From the IMG/VR virus record IMGVR_UViG_2671180228_000002: DNA of 7,689 bases; one strand, 5' to 3'. The notes under the pieces are model-generated. The model saw nothing but the letters and a program-made list of their open reading frames with translations, was not told the DNA's origin and searched no databases. A program made the translations under genes and the position numbers. The DNA comes from a virus. Of the stretch, positions 1 to 5,626 are shown piece after piece (the stretch's first letter is position 1; each line of letters opens with the position of its first letter).

Positions 1-95
1 ATTCCAGTCCATAGCCGCCTCGGGTTCGTGTACGGGTGTAGCCTACAGGTGTTGACACCTACGGATGTAGGCGCGTATAAAGCCCCCATCGCCTA
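1..95. repeat. Left copy of the exact 95-bp terminal direct repeat (circular closure overlap)
   Basis: Bases 1..95 (attccagtccatagccgcc...cccatcgccta) are identical base for base to 7595..7689. Confidence 0.97.
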
Positions 96-107
96 TGGCT
101 GTAGGCG
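30..107. promoter_or_regulatory. Cluster of operator-like dyad repeats overlapping the promoter
   Basis: The motif TAYGGNTGTAG occurs three times: TACGGGTGTAG at 31..41, TACGGATGTAG at 60..70 and TATGGCTGTAG at 94..104. The second and third copies extend to CCTAYGGMTGTAGGCG (58..73 and 92..107), an inverted CCTAC-N4-GTAGG. There are also palindromes TGTAG-C-CTACA at 37..47 and AGGTGT-TG-ACACCT at 47..60, the latter centred on the -35 box. Confidence 0.6.
52..81 (+). promoter_or_regulatory. Strong sigma70-type promoter for the rightward (replication/morphogenesis) operon
   Basis: There is a perfect -35 TTGACA at 52..57 and a TATAAA -10 at 76..81 (18-nt spacer), or GTATAA at 75..80 with a 17-nt spacer. 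It sits between the divergent repressor gene and the first + strand ORF. Confidence 0.7.
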
Positions 108-122
108 GTCCCGCCACCGGCA

Positions 123-152
123 CCCCAAGGCCGCTGGCGGGTTCTCTTGGGG
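123..152 (+). other. Imperfect hairpin in the 5' UTR / packaged + strand
   Basis: CCCCAAG (123..129) pairs with CTTGGGG (146..152). An inner CCGC/GCGG stem lies at 131..134 and 137..140. Confidence 0.4.
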
Positions 153-172
153 CTTGGGGTAGGGGATAGGGG
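149..172 (+). other. Canonical G-quadruplex motif (four GGGG runs with loops of 3, 2 and 3 nt)
   Basis: The sequence is GGGGcttGGGGtaGGGGataGGGG. It is built from tandem heptamers CTTGGGG x2 (146..159) and TAGGGGA/TAGGGGT (160..173), and ends 1 nt before the ATG at 174. Confidence 0.6.
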
Positions 173-173
173 T

Positions 174-344
174 ATGGATCACCTTGAGTACGCAGAGCAC
201 TGCGAGCAGCACGCACAGTTCGCGCGCGATCTGTCCGTGTATTTCCGGTCGATCAACGAAACCGGCATGGCAAGGAGCTGTGATCTCGATGCGGAGCATT
301 GGGACTACATGGCATCCATACACCGCAACCGGGGTGAATCGTGA
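174..344 (+). CDS. Small hypothetical protein (56 aa), His/Cys-rich and acidic; first gene after the switch promoter
   Basis: The ATG at 174 is preceded by a G-rich SD-like tract. The track start at 147 is a TTG. By my count about 71 percent of third codon positions are G/C. The stop overlaps the next start (GTGA at 341..344). The sequence is MDHLEYAEHCEQH...C...H...H, with no recognisable HTH. Confidence 0.5.
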   Translation: MDHLEYAEHCEQHAQFARDLSVYFRSINETGMARSCDLDAEHWDYMASIHRNRGES

Positions 345-619
345 TCCATCCGTTCATTGCCTTCGTGCTGCTGGCGGCCATCGTGGCCGTATCCATTGGC
401 AGCGCCAAACTCGTTTCGTGGTGCCTCGACCGGCGTGGGGCGTCCGCCCGTCGCAGCGCACATGAAGCGGCCTTCGTAGCCCAGGCACGCGCCGAACTGG
501 CCGCAACCGGCTGGACCCCGAATCACGAAACGCTCTATCAGGCCGAGATTGCCGCCACCAAGCGCGGCGATCTGCTGGCCGCCGCTCGATTCGCCGAAGA
601 GCAGGAGCGCGCCGCATGA
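341..619 (+). CDS. Hypothetical single-pass membrane protein (92 aa)
   Basis: The GTG start overlaps the upstream stop. There is an N-terminal hydrophobic helix (IHPFIAFVLLAAIVAVSIGSA) followed by an Ala/Glu/Arg-rich helical tail. The stop overlaps the next ATG (ATGA at 616..619). Confidence 0.5.
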   Translation: MIHPFIAFVLLAAIVAVSIGSAKLVSWCLDRRGASARRSAHEAAFVAQARAELAATGWTPNHETLYQAEIAATKRGDLLAAARFAEEQERAA

Positions 620-792
620 GCAGGTACCCCTCATTCGCCGAGCTGGCAGAGTTCGATATGGGCCTCGCGGCAGTCGTTGTGTTCGTGTCGCTCGTCGTGG
701 GCGGAGCCATTGTCTCCATCGTGATTGAGCAGGCATGGCTGGCGCTTCGTCGCCTGTGGAAGCTTCGCAAGGATCGCTCCAATGGCCGGTGA
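616..792 (+). CDS. Small hydrophobic protein (58 aa), absent from the supplied ORF track
   Basis: My own translation is MSRYPSFAELAEFDMGLAAVVVFVSLVVGGAIVSIVIEQAWLALRRLWKLRKDRSNGR*. AGGAG at 603..607 lies 8 nt upstream of the ATG. It is ATGA-coupled to the upstream ORF and has one TM helix followed by a basic tail. Confidence 0.45.
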   Translation: MSRYPSFAELAEFDMGLAAVVVFVSLVVGGAIVSIVIEQAWLALRRLWKLRKDRSNGR

Positions 793-1888
793 GCGCGCGG
801 TGCTGGCCGAGTCGGGACTCCCCTCGTCTAACAGGGGAGTCAGTGAATTCAGGAACCCCGAGGGAACCCTGACGGTCGGCATCGACTGGTTCTCCGCTTC
901 GATCGATCTGCGCGCAGCGCTGGACGAGGTCGCGTTCCGTGATGGCGACAGCTTCGAAGAGGTCCGCCAGTGGATCGAGTTCTCCCCGGAAAACGCACGT
1001 ATTGCGGCCCTGCAGGTGTTCTGCTGGTTCTTCGCAGGGCTGGGCCTCGAACTGGATGAAGCAGCAGGCGGCGGTCGCTTCTACACGTGGCGAATCAAGA
1101 TCATCGACGCGGCCAAGAAGTTCGTCGGCATGATCGAACTGGGCGGCGAAGAGTGCCGCCGCGCCGATGGGACATATACCGCCCGCATCGAGCTAACCGG
1201 TGATGGATGCAAGGCGATAAGCGCAGCGCGCTGCGGCCATGCGCAGCGGTGGCTGGAGCTTCGAGCGAAGCTCGAAAGCTGCGCCGGAAGGATCACGCGT
1301 GTTGACGTGTGCGCCGATGACCTGGTGGGGGAATACCCATTGCGTCTGGCGCAGAAGTGGTACGCCGCTGGCGAGTTCGATAACCGTGGTCAGCGCCCGA
1401 AGGCGCAGCTGGTGGACGACTACGACAGCGGCGACGGCAAGACGTTCTATGTGGGCGGCAAGAAGTCGGAGAAGCAGCTTCGCGTCTACGAGAAGGGCAG
1501 GGAACAGGGCGATAAGAGTTCACCGTGGGTGCGCTATGAGGCGCAGTTCCGCAACTCCAACCGCAAGGAACTGCCCCTCGACATTCTGCGTGATCCGGCC
1601 TCCTACCTACTCGGGGCCTATCCGGTGCTGTCCTTTCTGCGCTGTGTTGCCACGCGCATCGAAATCACGAAAGCCGCCGTTGAGGCGACGTGGAAGAGCG
1701 TACGCCGCCACATCCGACGCCAGTACGGCGCAGCCCTCAATTTCATCGCCAAGAGTTGCCCGGACGATCAGGCATTGCGGGCGGTAATCGAATCCTGCAC
1801 TTCGCCATCGCTGCCGAAGTGGGTCACAGGCGAAACAGCAGCGCATTGGCCCGAAATCGCGGCCGTACAGCAAACCTCAAAAGGGTAA
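782..1888 (+). CDS. Rolling-circle replication initiator, Rep_trans (RstA / pT181 RepC-like) family, 368 aa
   Basis: Motifs typical of Rep_trans are present: GIDWFSASIDL near the N-terminus, RVDVCADD, and FYVGGKKSEKQLRVYEKG...PWVRYEAQFR with the candidate catalytic Tyr in RVYEK. The ATG at 782 has AAGGA 8 nt upstream. The track start at 725 is a TTG inside the upstream small ORF. Confidence 0.85.
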   Translation: MAGERAVLAESGLPSSNRGVSEFRNPEGTLTVGIDWFSASIDLRAALDEVAFRDGDSFEEVRQWIEFSPENARIAALQVFCWFFAGLGLELDEAAGGGRFYTWRIKIIDAAKKFVGMIELGGEECRRADGTYTARIELTGDGCKAISAARCGHAQRWLELRAKLESCAGRITRVDVCADDLVGEYPLRLAQKWYAAGEFDNRGQRPKAQLVDDYDSGDGKTFYVGGKKSEKQLRVYEKGREQGDKSSPWVRYEAQFRNSNRKELPLDILRDPASYLLGAYPVLSFLRCVATRIEITKAAVEATWKSVRRHIRRQYGAALNFIAKSCPDDQALRAVIESCTSPSLPKWVTGETAAHWPEIAAVQQTSKG

Positions 1889-1894
1889 CAGCGC

Positions 1895-2197
1895 ATGAGC
1901 ATCAAGATCACCGTCCTCAAGAACGAAATTGACGAACGCGTCGGCAGCTTCAAGAACGAAAAGGGCGAAGACGTCAAGTTCACCACTCGCAAGCAGAAGG
2001 CCAAGTTGGAAACCGCAGGTTTCGCCTACCCATTCGACGTGCGCCTGGAGGACGGTCAGAGCGGCTACCCCGAAGGTGAGTACGAGCTCGACGTCGAGTC
2101 CATGTTGCAGGTCAACAAGGGCGTTGCATCGCTAAGCAAGTTCACTGTGCTGCGGATGTTGCCGAAGGCTGCGCCGCGCGTAGCTGCCCAGGGCTAA
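1895..2197 (+). CDS. Probable ssDNA-binding protein (gV-like), 100 aa
   Basis: The call rests on size, position directly after rep, and a beta-rich charged sequence with no TM segment (MSIKITVLKNEIDERVGSFKNEKGEDVKF...). It is positional and compositional only. Confidence 0.6.
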   Translation: MSIKITVLKNEIDERVGSFKNEKGEDVKFTTRKQKAKLETAGFAYPFDVRLEDGQSGYPEGEYELDVESMLQVNKGVASLSKFTVLRMLPKAAPRVAAQG

Positions 2198-2199
2198 CG

Positions 2200-2421
2200 A
2201 TGTCCGATCCGGCACCCCTCTACGTGGTCGGCTGTGCTGCTGAAAACGTGCAGCAGGACGGCACGTGTTCGGTGCCTGTCTGGATGCCATACCACCAGCC
2301 AGTGTTGCCACCCCTGACATTGGCTGATGGAACCCTTGTCGCGTTCTCCATCGTTGGAGTTTGGGCAATCGGGTTGAAAGCGCGTCTCGTATTCCGCGCG
2401 GCGCGCATAGGGGTCTACTGA
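2200..2421 (+). CDS. Small membrane protein (73 aa), possible minor coat/assembly protein
   Basis: There is a C-terminal hydrophobic segment (TLVAFSIVGVWAIGL) followed by a basic tail. The stop overlaps the coat-gene ATG (TGATG at 2419..2423). Confidence 0.5.
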   Translation: MSDPAPLYVVGCAAENVQQDGTCSVPVWMPYHQPVLPPLTLADGTLVAFSIVGVWAIGLKARLVFRAARIGVY

Positions 2422-2678
2422 TGACGAGGAAAACCACAATGGAGTTCATGAACGCTGCTCGCCGTTTCGGCGCTTCCACCGTCGCCAAGATTGGCGCCGG
2501 TACCACCGCCCTGGTTGCTTCGGGTGCCGCACTGGCCTCGGGTTCGAGTTCGCCGGGTGCCGCCATCGCTGGCGAAATGGCCGGTGGCAAGGCCGATATC
2601 GGAGTGGTCATCGGTGCGTGCGCCGTGCTGATTGGCCTGATTCTGGTCTGGGCCTACACCCGCAAGGCTGCGAAGTAA
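2421..2678 (+). CDS. Major coat protein precursor (pVIII-like), 85 aa; predicted 46-aa mature form
   Basis: The long leader ends in ...VASGAALA, with a predicted cleavage before SGSSSP. The mature sequence SGSSSPGAAIAGEMAGGKADIGVVIGACAVLIGLILVWAYTRKAAK has an acidic N-part, a hydrophobic core and a basic C-terminus, like the 46-aa Pf1 coat as I recall it. AGGGG lies 7 nt upstream, and an intrinsic terminator follows the gene. Confidence 0.8.
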   Translation: MTRKTTMEFMNAARRFGASTVAKIGAGTTALVASGAALASGSSSPGAAIAGEMAGGKADIGVVIGACAVLIGLILVWAYTRKAAK

Positions 2679-2697
2679 CGGGGCCTGTGCTGAAACC

Positions 2698-2729
2698 GGG
2701 GGCGCACGGTAACGTTCGCCCCCTTTTTT
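2698..2729 (+). terminator. Rho-independent terminator after the major coat gene
   Basis: The stem is GGGGGCG (2698..2704) with CGCCCCC (2717..2723). It can be extended by ACG/CGT around a GTAA loop and is followed by TTTTTT (2724..2729). Confidence 0.8.
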
Positions 2730-2743
2730 ATGGGGGAATTGTC

Positions 2744-2806
2744 ATGGGCTACTTCATCATTGTTGGCATCTGTGGTGCTTGCTGGCTTGCGTTTGAGGGC
2801 ATGTGA
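2744..2806 (+). CDS. Tiny hydrophobic ORF (20 aa), possible pVII/pIX-like minor coat protein
   Basis: The sequence is MGYFIIVGICGACWLAFEGM*. GGGGGA at 2732..2737 lies 6 nt upstream of the ATG. The stop overlaps the start of the next gene (TGATG). It is shorter than the 32-33 aa of Ff pVII/pIX. Confidence 0.4.
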   Translation: MGYFIIVGICGACWLAFEGM

Positions 2807-4119
2807 TGAGGCGCATCTTGTTCTTGCTGCTCGCGCTTTTGCCATCGTCGGCATTCGCGATTGACCAAGGCGAGGCGACAGAGCAAGCGATCAGCAATAT
2901 TCGGCAGTCGTGCAGCGGGGCTGTTGCCGGTGCATCGATTGACTCGGGCACGATAGGCCTGATTGTGGGCCCAGGTAGCGTAAACGCATTCGGCAACTGT
3001 CTCTTTGAAAATGGTGGATTTCAGGGGCGCCATAGCTCTACCGTCGCATTCGATCAGTCCTGCGAAGCTCGGGGTACTAAGACCACGCCATTCTTTCCAC
3101 CATCTGGCTCCGTGTCTTGTAGTCGTGGTTGTGAGGTCAAGTATGCAGACAACGGCGACGACACCACGTCCTATTGGAGTACCGGTCAAAGCTGCAACGA
3201 GAAGCCGGATTGCACTAAGCAGGGCGGCAACATGATCTGGAACGGTGCGCTGAAGGTTTGCCAGCCCGTTGAGCCCGAGTGTCCCAAGGGTAAGGTAAAG
3301 GTCGGTAACGCCTGTACAGATGAAAAGCCTTGCCCGGACGGCATGGCGCTTGTGGCTGGGTCTTGCAAGAAGAAAGATGAAGAGTGCCCGGCTGGCATGA
3401 TTCGCAGCCCCTCGGGCCAGTGCATTCCCGGTGATGGTCAGTGCGCCAAGGGCGAGGTTCGCGGGCCAGATGGCACCTGCAAGAGGGACAAGGACAACGA
3501 CGGTCAGCCGGATACCGATGACCCCGAGAGCTTCTCTGGCGGCGACACCTGCGAGTCTCCGCCGTCGTGCAGCGGCTCGCCGATCATGTGTGGGCAGGCG
3601 CGGATTCAATGGCGAATTGAATGCAATACCCGCCGTAACAACAACATCAGTGGTGGTCAGTGTACGCAGGCCGGTATGCCGACATGCACTGGTGAGAAAT
3701 GCAATGCCATGGAGTACACCCAGCTTCTGATGCAGTGGCGATCAGCGTGTGCCGTGGAGAAGCTTGCTGCAAAGCAAGACACGCCTGGACAAGGTGGCAA
3801 CCAAGGTGATGCAAATGGCAACGGCGTAGCCGATGTGCTCGAGGGCAGGGGAGACGTTACGCCCATCGGCGATGGCGCGGCGGACATCGCTAGTGCCAAG
3901 AAGTGGGGAATTCCTCTTTCAACCGACAATCTCGACACAAGCAACATGTTCGGTGGTGGTGGGTCATGCCCGCAACCGCCGTCGATCACGATCATGGGCA
4001 AGACGGTGAGCGCTGGTGACGTTCCATACTTCTGCCGAATTGCAGCGATTCTGCGCGGGTTGATCCTCATCTTTGGTGCATACACGGCAATTCGAATTCT
4101 GATGGGAGCGGTCTTCTAA
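2806..4119 (+). CDS. Adsorption / minor coat protein (pIII-like; C-terminal half resembles TspB-type inovirus attachment proteins), 437 aa
   Basis: There is a signal peptide (MRRILFLLLALLPSSAFA | IDQ), 26 Cys, Gly-rich linkers and a C-terminal membrane anchor (FCRIAAILRGLILIFGAYTAIRILMGAVF). The gene sits between the coat gene and the pVI/pI genes. The ATG at 2806 is preferred over the GTG at 2803. Confidence 0.75.
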   Translation: MRRILFLLLALLPSSAFAIDQGEATEQAISNIRQSCSGAVAGASIDSGTIGLIVGPGSVNAFGNCLFENGGFQGRHSSTVAFDQSCEARGTKTTPFFPPSGSVSCSRGCEVKYADNGDDTTSYWSTGQSCNEKPDCTKQGGNMIWNGALKVCQPVEPECPKGKVKVGNACTDEKPCPDGMALVAGSCKKKDEECPAGMIRSPSGQCIPGDGQCAKGEVRGPDGTCKRDKDNDGQPDTDDPESFSGGDTCESPPSCSGSPIMCGQARIQWRIECNTRRNNNISGGQCTQAGMPTCTGEKCNAMEYTQLLMQWRSACAVEKLAAKQDTPGQGGNQGDANGNGVADVLEGRGDVTPIGDGAADIASAKKWGIPLSTDNLDTSNMFGGGGSCPQPPSITIMGKTVSAGDVPYFCRIAAILRGLILIFGAYTAIRILMGAVF

Positions 4120-4439
4120 TGGGCATGGTTTCTGACTGGATCACCGATGGCATTTCGTCTTTGCTTGGCAAGACCAAGGAAGCGGCAGCAGGAATGCTGG
4201 GCAAACTTCTGGCGACTTTCGGGCTGACTACCGTCACGTTCAATGCGCTGCTGCCCAAGCTGAAAGAATTCGTGATGCAGTTCATCGGCGGTATTGATGG
4301 GCAGGCTTACGAGATGCTTTCGTACCTTGGTGTCGGCACATGCTTCTCCATGATCTTTTCCGCCCTTACGGTGCGTATGGCGTGGAAAATCTTCATCGTT
4401 CCTAAGTCAGTCGCCGATGGGCTGGGGTCGGGCTCATGA
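4119..4439 (+). CDS. pVI-like minor coat protein (DUF2523-like), 106 aa
   Basis: The protein is hydrophobic and lies immediately upstream of, and ATGA-coupled to, the Zot gene. It has a TAATG overlap with the pIII-like gene. Size and position are typical of inovirus gVI. Confidence 0.6.
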   Translation: MGMVSDWITDGISSLLGKTKEAAAGMLGKLLATFGLTTVTFNALLPKLKEFVMQFIGGIDGQAYEMLSYLGVGTCFSMIFSALTVRMAWKIFIVPKSVADGLGSGS

Positions 4440-5626
4440 TCTACTGGTATACGGGCCAGCCTGGACACGGGAAGACGCTGCACGGCATCGAGCGGCTACT
4501 TGAATTCAAGGATCAAGGGCGCATCGTCTACGCCTGCAACATTCGCGAGTTCGACTACGCCAAAACTGGTGTGCTGGAAATGACGCCGGAACAGTTCAGG
4601 GACTGGCCGAATTTCTTGCCTGATGGCGCAGTTGCTCTGGTTGATGAGGCCTATGAACACGGCATGCTGCCTAAGCGTCCGACAGGCTCTAAGGTCCCGC
4701 CTCACGTTGAACAGCTGGCGAAGCACCGCCACAAGGGTCTGGATTTCATCTTCATCAGCCAGTCGCCGGATAAGCAGTGCGATCAGTTCGTGCATGACCT
4801 GATTGAACGCCACGTGCATGTGCGTCGCCGTTTCGGCACGAAGTTTGTCGATCTTCGCGAGTTCGACAAGTTCGAGGCCCGTGCAGAGAAAGCAACACCG
4901 CTGGTCACGAAGCGGCGCACACTGCCCAAGCGTCCTATGGGCATGTACAAGTCCACTGAGCTGGACACTACCGAGCGGCGCATCCCCTGGTACGTCATCG
5001 CGTTGCCGGTTCTGGCCGTTGCCGCCGTCCTTATGATGTATTTCGCGTTCGGGCGCATGGATAAGCGAATGAACGGCGGAGACAGCCCCGCAGTCGGCGG
5101 TACTGCTCAAGCGGCTACACCGCACGACGGAGCACCTGCGACGGCGGGCGGTGCTGCCGCGCCGAGCCCGGCACAGCCACTCAAGGACTACGTCGACAAG
5201 TTCCTCCCGCGCATCCCATCACAACCGTGGAGCGCACCTGTCTATGACGGCGCACTCAGCCTGCCGGCCGAGCCGCCGCGCATCTTCTGCATGTCGTCGC
5301 TCGGCGGGGAGAACGGCCTCGGTGAACAGGACAAGCCCAGCTGCACGTGTGTGACAGAGCAGGGGACGCGGTACGAATTGGCAGATGAACCCACCTGTCG
5401 CATGGTTGCGCGAAGTGGGCAATACGAGCCCTATTTGCCGAAGCGTGAGGATCGCCTCGTCGATGGGCAGACGCAGATAAATCGCGGCATGCAGGAAATC
5501 AATCAACGCCAGGTTGAAGGCACGGCAATTGCTCGCAGTCAGCGAGCTATGGGGAGCTTTCCAGAGTCTCCGCCCATCAGTACCACTAGCTACATGACCA
5601 CACCTCGCGGGGAGAATCGGCTATGA
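4436..5626 (+). CDS. zot: Zot-family assembly ATPase (pI-like), 396 aa
   Basis: The N-terminus MIYWYTGQPGHGKT carries a Walker A motif (residues 7-14), and ALVDEA (about 67-72) is Walker B-like. A central TM helix (IPWYVIALPVLAVAAVLMMYFAF) is followed by a Pro/Ala-rich linker and a Cys-containing periplasmic domain (CMSS...SCTCVTEQGTRY...C). Confidence 0.92.
   Translation: MIYWYTGQPGHGKTLHGIERLLEFKDQGRIVYACNIREFDYAKTGVLEMTPEQFRDWPNFLPDGAVALVDEAYEHGMLPKRPTGSKVPPHVEQLAKHRHKGLDFIFISQSPDKQCDQFVHDLIERHVHVRRRFGTKFVDLREFDKFEARAEKATPLVTKRRTLPKRPMGMYKSTELDTTERRIPWYVIALPVLAVAAVLMMYFAFGRMDKRMNGGDSPAVGGTAQAATPHDGAPATAGGAAAPSPAQPLKDYVDKFLPRIPSQPWSAPVYDGALSLPAEPPRIFCMSSLGGENGLGEQDKPSCTCVTEQGTRYELADEPTCRMVARSGQYEPYLPKREDRLVDGQTQINRGMQEINQRQVEGTAIARSQRAMGSFPESPPISTTSYMTTPRGENRL

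Noticed and set aside
725-781. Upstream TTG start (725) for the Rep ORF as given in the track
   Set aside because: It is a non-ATG start with no SD and lies inside the coupled 58-aa ORF. The ATG at 782 has an AAGGA SD at good spacing. The longer form cannot be fully excluded.
305-782. Long antisense ORFs (305..736 and 354..782, minus strand, 143 and 142 aa) opposite the leader ORFs
   Set aside because: They are Arg/Pro/Ala-rich, typical shadow ORFs of GC-rich coding DNA. They have no SD or coupling signals and conflict with the tightly coupled + strand gene chain.
2361-2420. Upstream ATG (2361) extending the coat protein by 20 aa
   Set aside because: It would overlap the preceding ORF by 60 nt. 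The ATG at 2421 overlaps that ORF's stop (TGATG), has an AGGGG SD and gives a normal basic leader N-terminus.
2749-3609. 286-aa minus-strand ORF opposite the pIII-like gene, plus similar antisense ORFs at 2132..2611, 3657..4085 and 4496..5125
   Set aside because: Their composition is low in complexity and Arg/Ala-rich. They sit opposite genes with clear functional signatures (signal peptide, Walker A) and are most likely stop-poor antisense frames in high-GC DNA.
3844-3852. RGD tripeptide (LEGRGDV) in the pIII-like protein
   Set aside because: A three-residue motif is expected by chance in a 437-aa protein, and a eukaryotic integrin ligand has no obvious relevance for a bacterial virus.
4937-5626. 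Possible pXI-like internal in-frame start (M168/M170) just before the Zot TM helix, by analogy with the f1 gene I/XI pair
   Set aside because: The position is suggestive, but there is no SD-like sequence upstream of the ATG at 4937. It cannot be supported from sequence alone.
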